A stretch of 51,926 nucleotides of DNA from positions 1-51,926 of the forward strand of contig MFIM01000006.1 of assembly GCA_001780725.1 (NCBI GenBank), in the 5' to 3' direction. Below the pieces are notes generated by a model. That model was not told where the DNA came from. It did not search any database and was given only the letters and a program-made list of their open reading frames with translations. The stretch is from Candidatus Giovannonibacteria bacterium RIFCSPLOWO2_02_FULL_45_28 (lineage in GTDB: Bacteria > Patescibacteriota > Minisyncoccia > UBA11713 > 2-01-FULL-45-33). A program made the position numbers and the translations under genes. Below, in pieces: positions 46,647-51,926 of the stretch. Numbering within the stretch: position 1 is the first letter of the stretch; every line of letters begins with the position of its first letter.

Positions 46647-46706
46647 ATGAAAATCTATAAAAATGTTTTTGAGAATACAAAATCTGTCGGTTGGCGGATA
46701 GCTTGA
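46647..46706 (+). pseudogene. Putative DGR reverse transcriptase N-terminal stub
   Basis: MKIYKNVFE then stop after 19 codons; resembles CPR DGR-RT N-termini as I recall them; sits where the RT is expected. Confidence 0.55.
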
Positions 46707-46771
46707 GCATTAGCTAGCGCTGTTCCAAGAAAAAACAGACCGGCGCATACAAAAATTTTTGTTTTCATTTT

Positions 46772-47485
46772 TTAAACCGGTTTAATACCCACCGAAACTA
46801 TTTTGCCCTTTAAAAGCAACCATAGCGTGCCTACTAAAATTACAAATTCTGACCAAAAATCCCACTGGAACCAGTATTGGCTAAGCAGTTCCATTCTGGT
46901 AAATCTGGAATAATACCCTCCGGTCGGGTCTATGTTAAAGATTAAAAATGAGAAATGTCCCAACATTAAAAATGCTGTAAATATTACTGCGCCGATTAGT
47001 ATAAGCTTATAACTCTTTGATGTTTGCGGGGTTGATTTTGTCAAAAACAAAATTCCAAATAGTAAAGCTAAAACTGTCGTATCCGTACTGTGGATATTAA
47101 GGAAGTCCCATAAAAGCTGCGGCCAAACCCTAATATTGCCGCTTCCGGCGGGAAATTCAAAACTTCGCATTCCAAAAACAGAATATCCTTGTTTGTACGG
47201 CAGCCAAACCTCCTGAACAAAAATCATTATCAGTATAATCAAAAGAAGAAATCCTCCCGCCAGAATCCATTTCCAATTTGTGTCTCTTTTTAGATTCAAG
47301 CTTGGTTTGAACATTTCGCATGCCAAACCAATAAGAATAACCAGAAAACCGATCCATGGAGGGCCATAACTTATTGACGGAACATCTCCCAAGTTTATTT
47401 TTGTCCATGTGGGCATCCAGAGCAGCAACAGTAAAACTATTGCGAAGAAAATAAATGCAAAAATGCGATTTGAGGCGTTGCTCAT
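46772..47485 (-). CDS. Multi-pass membrane protein
   Basis: About six TM segments; start MSNASNR at 47485 avoids overlap with the amidase. Confidence 0.7.
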   Translation of the reverse strand: MSNASNRIFAFIFFAIVLLLLLWMPTWTKINLGDVPSISYGPPWIGFLVILIGLACEMFKPSLNLKRDTNWKWILAGGFLLLIILIMIFVQEVWLPYKQGYSVFGMRSFEFPAGSGNIRVWPQLLWDFLNIHSTDTTVLALLFGILFLTKSTPQTSKSYKLILIGAVIFTAFLMLGHFSFLIFNIDPTGGYYSRFTRMELLSQYWFQWDFWSEFVILVGTLWLLLKGKIVSVGIKPV

Positions 47486-47504
47486 ATTTTTAATTATACC
47501 AATT

Positions 47505-48173
47505 CTATCGCGGTTTGCCGCCGCCTTTTCCTCCGCCAGAAGATTTATTGGTGAAATAATTTGCCAACCCAGTAAATTGCGCGTCTGCTTCTTCATCCAC
47601 GCGATTGCCGTATTTATAGTTGTACGCCTCCGTATCGTTTGTAATGTAATAAGCCTCTGTGAGCGCGGATACAAGATGGTTGTACACGGTAATGCCGTAA
47701 CCGCCGTTGAGATATCCTTCATCCTGTCCCGTTAGCGGAACGAGCGTATCGTGCAACGCTTTTGCCAGCGGCACATCCTGTTTTTCATTGTAAATAACGA
47801 GCGTGCCGTCATGTGCCGGATCGGAACTACTGTTGTGATGAACTGATACCAGAATATCGCATTTCCTTTGGTAAAACGTTTGGCACTTGTTTATTGCGAT
47901 TTGCACGCGCTCTTTCCTGCTTGAAATTGTCTCGTCTCCCTCTCTTGTCAAAACCACTTTCGCGCCGGCAGTTCGGAGTTTTCCCTGCAGCGCAAAAACA
48001 ACCGCCAAATTAACGTCTTTTTCCGCTACCTGGTAAGTCTCGTTCCGAGCGCCTGTTTCTGTGCCTCCATGCCCCGCGTCAAGAGCAATAAGGGCGCCGT
48101 CAAAAGGCGCTATGGCATTTACGGATAAAGCTATGACTATTAATAAAAACGAACATAAGATTGATTTATTCAT
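47505..48173 (-). CDS. N-acetylmuramoyl-L-alanine amidase (Amidase_3)
   Basis: IALDAGHGG, EKDVNL, LTR, VSVHHNS, LTEAYYITN. Confidence 0.92.
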   Translation of the reverse strand: MNKSILCSFLLIVIALSVNAIAPFDGALIALDAGHGGTETGARNETYQVAEKDVNLAVVFALQGKLRTAGAKVVLTREGDETISSRKERVQIAINKCQTFYQRKCDILVSVHHNSSSDPAHDGTLVIYNEKQDVPLAKALHDTLVPLTGQDEGYLNGGYGITVYNHLVSALTEAYYITNDTEAYNYKYGNRVDEEADAQFTGLANYFTNKSSGGGKGGGKPR

Positions 48174-48222
48174 AATTTAAGTATACCACACATTTTCTGC
48201 TCTACTTTACTCCGCGCGCTTC

Positions 48223-48251
48223 ACCCCCACACCAAATTTTGGTGTGGGGGT
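48223..48251. repeat. CCCCACACCAAA-type palindrome, intergenic
   Basis: acccccacaccaaattttggtgtgggggt (perfect arms). Confidence 0.9.
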
Positions 48252-48399
48252 TCACGCATTTAGAACCGCAATTTGGCAGATTCCCGGTAACATTTCTCCA
48301 TTCAAGATCGTGAATTACTGGTAGGGTTACCCCGAATTACGAGCTGTGTGCCCCCGTGGCAAGAGTTTGCCGCCAGGGCACAGCTTTGTACCCCTTGTA

Positions 48400-48430
48400 G
48401 CAAAAAACTCCCGAGGTGGGAGTTTTTTGC
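48400..48430. terminator. Bidirectional-type terminator hairpin
   Basis: gcaaaaaactccc-gaggt-gggagttttttgc. Confidence 0.65.
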
Positions 48431-48519
48431 GGGAACAGCGAGCGGGAGAAAAGAATCTCTCTTGCGCCCCTCGGCCCTCAGTATTTTGGTTATAATCCCG
48501 AAAGATCACTTCCAACTGC

Positions 48520-48828
48520 TTAAAGTTCGGCGTCAAGACTTGAGAGGTCGGTTTCGTTGAGGTCGGCTCCAATGGCGTCAAGCTCATCGGAAGTTCGCAC
48601 GCTTTGCAAATTTTTCGCGGCGGCGTCTTCTCTGGAAGGCATAGTGAGTCCTTCGGCTTGAAGCGCCTGTTTTTCCTCTTGGGTGAGCTCGATCGGCGTC
48701 AAATCTTGCTCAATTGTCAGTGACTCTTTTTGATACGAGGGTCCGCGATTCAAGAAAAATAATACTCCTCCAGCGACGACAACGAGAATAATGATTGCGA
48801 TGATAAGTTTGTTTTTGCTTGTAGTCAT
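48520..48828 (-). CDS. Hypothetical membrane-anchored protein
   Basis: N-terminal TM; acidic C-terminus DELDAIGADLNETDLSSLDAEL. Confidence 0.7.
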   Translation of the reverse strand: MTTSKNKLIIAIIILVVVAGGVLFFLNRGPSYQKESLTIEQDLTPIELTQEEKQALQAEGLTMPSREDAAAKNLQSVRTSDELDAIGADLNETDLSSLDAEL

Positions 48829-48830
48829 GA

Positions 48831-50501
48831 TTATAAACTGCTGCTATTTGATATTGAGCTATTATAATCCGTGCCTTGCGTATATATCTCAATAATTATG
48901 GCGCGGAGGTTTTCTATATCTGTTTTAAGCTCCGTGGCTATGGCGCGGGCTTCTTCCGCGACTCCACCCGCATTTTCGCCCAAAAGCAGCGATTCATATT
49001 TTGCCTTAAGTTCTTCCATCTTGGCCGCGTTTTCAACCTGCATATTTTTCGCTTCTTCAATAAGAACAGCTATGTTCGGTGGCGGAAGAATAATTTCTAT
49101 CTTGCCCTTTGCTCGCCCTTCGGTCTCAACTTCAATTCTGATTTTTTCAATCTGCGATTCCAGCCGGCCTAAAATATGGTCAAAGCGGGCCATTGCCGAG
49201 CGGAAACGATTAAGCATGCGCAGTCCTTTGCCGTGAGCGACAGCAATGCGCGCCGTCTTTCCGTGATCCACATGGCCTATTGTTGTCTTTACATTTTCTC
49301 GGAAATCCTCGCGGAGTGCTTTTGCGTTCTCACGAGTAGTTAAATTCATGGATACTATTTCTGTTAGGAACACTTTGCGGTTAGCTTTGAGATCTTCTTT
49401 CAAGCTCTCGCGCTCTTCGGGCGCGGCGGCTCTGATATTTCGAATGATGTCCGTTTGCGTATCATGAAACGCCTCTTTCTTTGGACACCCGCCCTTGGGA
49501 CAAGCGTGACTGATATTTAATCCCTTCAATGGATCTCCGCCTCCTTTTACAGGAGGCGCTGGAATACATAGACCCTTAAAACAAATATTCCCCGCAGAAC
49601 ACTGGCTATCGTTTTTACACCCCGTGGCTTGCCGTAGATCTGTTAACGTCGAGTCGATCTGATTTAAGAGAGCCCGCTCCAGTCCCAGCATATCCGCAAT
49701 CAAACCCTTGTCTTCCGTAGCCGCAAGCAACTCAATATCGCCCTCAATAATCCTTTTTACAGTACGAAGCGACTGGACTGCCTCTTCACTTTTGCCGGCT
49801 TTAATCGCCTTATCTGCCTCATTCGTCACGCCCGCCCTGTACTTGGCATGATCCCCAACCGTTATGCATACCTTTGTACCACAACCCTTGAGCCGTTCCT
49901 GTATCTTTTCAATGGTATTCCGCATCAACTCAATCTTTTTCACTATTGCGGTATCGGTCAGAGAAGTTGAAACTGGAGCGGTTGAGGGAACACCTTTTGC
50001 GCCCGTGTCTGCGGGTTGCGGGGTAGCTCCCGCGGCAGGAGCAGAAACTTTGCCGCTTGGTAGTATGCTATCAATTTGTCCCTCCGGTGCGGATTGCGGA
50101 GTACCTCCTGTAGTTCCAATTCCAAGCATGTCAAACTCTGCAAGTATTTTTTGAACTCCTTCCTCATTTATTCCGATTGCAATCAAAAATGATTTAAGTT
50201 CAGCTTCATATACTCCGCCGCCTTCAAGCGCGTCTGTAACCTTGTTGATTTCCGCGCCGCCAACGCCGTGGCGTAAAAGCACATCTCCGACCTCCATCCT
50301 TATTTGCCCAACCGATTTATTTGACAGTGAAGAATTATAATTTTTTCCAGAAACCCGGCCCCCGGGGATCTGCTCAATGGTTATGTCCAAACCGTCAACC
50401 GGGTCTCCGGCAAATGCAGGAATGACAAAACCCGCCGCAAGTCCGGCAGTAAACACCATCCCCGCAATCAATATTGTAATTTTTTTAGGCGTAAACCTCA
50501 T
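48831..50501 (-). CDS. Secreted mosaic protein (low-complexity linker, Cys-rich motif, coiled coil)
   Basis: Signal peptide; CKNDSQCSAGNICFKGLC; long helical C-terminal half. Confidence 0.7.
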   Translation of the reverse strand: MRFTPKKITILIAGMVFTAGLAAGFVIPAFAGDPVDGLDITIEQIPGGRVSGKNYNSSLSNKSVGQIRMEVGDVLLRHGVGGAEINKVTDALEGGGVYEAELKSFLIAIGINEEGVQKILAEFDMLGIGTTGGTPQSAPEGQIDSILPSGKVSAPAAGATPQPADTGAKGVPSTAPVSTSLTDTAIVKKIELMRNTIEKIQERLKGCGTKVCITVGDHAKYRAGVTNEADKAIKAGKSEEAVQSLRTVKRIIEGDIELLAATEDKGLIADMLGLERALLNQIDSTLTDLRQATGCKNDSQCSAGNICFKGLCIPAPPVKGGGDPLKGLNISHACPKGGCPKKEAFHDTQTDIIRNIRAAAPEERESLKEDLKANRKVFLTEIVSMNLTTRENAKALREDFRENVKTTIGHVDHGKTARIAVAHGKGLRMLNRFRSAMARFDHILGRLESQIEKIRIEVETEGRAKGKIEIILPPPNIAVLIEEAKNMQVENAAKMEELKAKYESLLLGENAGGVAEEARAIATELKTDIENLRAIIIEIYTQGTDYNSSISNSSSL

Positions 50502-50609
50502 TACTGTTAGTATATCATTAGTATATCAATAGTATATCAATCGTCTCAATAAAAGTCCAGAAAAACGCATTGATTCCGCAGGAATCGTGCAGATAATCAC
50601 GCAAGAATT

Positions 50610-50777
50610 TCAGCTTTGCTTATTCTCCTCGGCATACGCCGTGATTTCAATATTACAGCTCTTATGCTCCCGGCACCACGCCTCGCATTTTTCAGCCCAC
50701 TCCTTCTCGGCATAATGAAAACCGCACTCCTCGCATTGGTATAGCTCTTTATTTTCTTTTTGAATTGTCTTGACCAT
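50610..50777 (-). CDS. Small Cys-rich, putative Zn-binding protein
   Basis: YQCEECGFHY...AEKCEAWCREHKSC; start MVKTIQ. Confidence 0.6.
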   Translation of the reverse strand: MVKTIQKENKELYQCEECGFHYAEKEWAEKCEAWCREHKSCNIEITAYAEENKQS

Positions 50778-51075
50778 GTTGTTGATGATATTCCAGTAAT
50801 TTCTCTGCTGGTGAGATGCCACTGATGATCTTGTGCGGAAAATAATTCCAAGCGTCACTGACAAGCTCAAGAATGTTACTTAATTCCGAAGCGTCTCCAC
50901 CGCGATCAAACATCGCCACCACTTTCATCATGTCGTCAGTTTCCTCTTCGTTGTAAATCACATCTTTAATATCCGCCAGCCCAAAATCGCTTTTGGTTTC
51001 CTTGAGCAATTCCAAAAGCTCTTTTTCTATTTCTTTTCTCTTCTCAAGAATTTGCTGTTTTGATTCAATTTCCAT
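50749..51075 (-). CDS. Hypothetical protein
   Basis: 108-aa ORF, ...DAWNYFPH... motif. Confidence 0.7.
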   Translation of the reverse strand: MEIESKQQILEKRKEIEKELLELLKETKSDFGLADIKDVIYNEEETDDMMKVVAMFDRGGDASELSNILELVSDAWNYFPHKIISGISPAEKLLEYHQQHGQDNSKRK

Positions 51076-51151
51076 GTATTTACTGGCCTGTGGACAATTT
51101 TCCTTGCCTTATGCTATAGTGTAATTGATCGTAAGATCACTGATTTTAGAG

Positions 51152-51925
51152 CTAAAGGGCCTCGGTAACGGGGTCCTTTGTGCTTTTATAAGCTGATTCT
51201 TTTAGCCAACAAATAAACTCTTTGAGTTCAAAAATATCTACTATTTTGAGACCACTTTCTCTAAGTTCGTTCAATTCGCTGGAAATTCTGCCGGCTGTTG
51301 CGAATAAATAAACTCTTTTGCCGGCACTTATTAATTTTTTAATCGGATCAGCGAAATCGCTATCTCCGCTCCACAATATAAAAGTTTCCGCACTGTTCCG
51401 CTCGCAATCAAGAAGCATATCAACACCAATCTCCACATCAAAATTGCATTTCATGTCTTCTATAAAATATTCCCCTTTCTTGTTCATATCGGCAAAGCGT
51501 TGGTTCAAGTATTCAATCGTGCCCACCTCGTACTTCTTCAGTAACGCGCGTCGAATAAACTGCTTCACAAGAATCGTTGAATCTGCCGGCACGCTCGAAG
51601 CATTTATGGAAAAATTAAGTATCTTTACGGGTTTTGTCCGAAGAATGTATTTATAATTTTCTGCTTCCGTTTTTTCTTTTTCTGATCGCTCATTACCTGC
51701 CAGATATCCATTGTAAAAATTAATTGCCTGAATCGTGCTGAAAGAATCCAGAAATTGCTTGAGACGTTTTAAATCAATATGCCATCCGAGTTTTTCGCTC
51801 CACGGTCTGACATTAGCATAATCAATATAAACGCGAGTATTTGCATCAAAAATACTTTCAAGCCGTTTAATGACTTCCTGTTTATCTTCCGCAATATCTT
51901 TTATCCTTTGTGTTTTCGCCGTAAA
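51152..51925 (-). CDS. NYN (LabA/DUF88) domain protein, 5'-truncated by the window edge
   Basis: Open frame to the edge: VYIDYANV, FYNG, KCNFDVEIGVD, SGDSDF. Confidence 0.85.
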   Translation of the reverse strand, partial: FTAKTQRIKDIAEDKQEVIKRLESIFDANTRVYIDYANVRPWSEKLGWHIDLKRLKQFLDSFSTIQAINFYNGYLAGNERSEKEKTEAENYKYILRTKPVKILNFSINASSVPADSTILVKQFIRRALLKKYEVGTIEYLNQRFADMNKKGEYFIEDMKCNFDVEIGVDMLLDCERNSAETFILWSGDSDFADPIKKLISAGKRVYLFATAGRISSELNELRESGLKIVDIFELKEFICWLKESAYKSTKDPVTEAL

Positions 51926-51926
51926 C

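Noticed and set aside
47486-47722. N-terminal extension of the 46772 membrane ORF
   Set aside because: Overlaps the amidase on the same strand in another frame; internal ATG at 47485 is more plausible

Overview
About 52 kb from a reduced-genome bacterium using the standard genetic code. The gene set and style (fused PheS-FDX-ACB, split transketolase, short Tsf and RF1, many small membrane hypotheticals) suggest Patescibacteria/Parcubacteria (CPR); this is inference. Left end: the flank of a probable tRNA-fMet-targeted integrated element (NYN gene end, Fic toxin-antitoxin pair, phased repeats, tRNA 3' half), then tRNA-Met and tRNA-Asp. Core backbone: pgi/pmi, pheS, peptidases, uvrA, a gap-rpiB-rpe-tkt-pfkB-fba sugar operon, rplY, prfA, rpmE, rpsB, tsf, tRNA-Thr, ndh and an ECF sigma/MacAB-like efflux operon. 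Four features stand out. (1) A diversity-generating retroelement at 44.9-46.7 kb has an adenine-only TR/VR mismatch pattern and an antisense avd, but only a ~9-codon putative RT stub. (2) An accessory gene array between gap and rpiB is punctuated by synonymously diverged stubs of the gap 3' end and rpiB 5' end. (3) A PaaX/Cas2-like wHTH gene is bracketed by a 40-bp palindrome that recurs next to tRNA-Thr. (4) Several families of short palindromic elements sit in-frame inside core genes (uvrA, pgi, tkt, rpmE) and between genes. All calls are by-eye motif recognition; no database searches were run.
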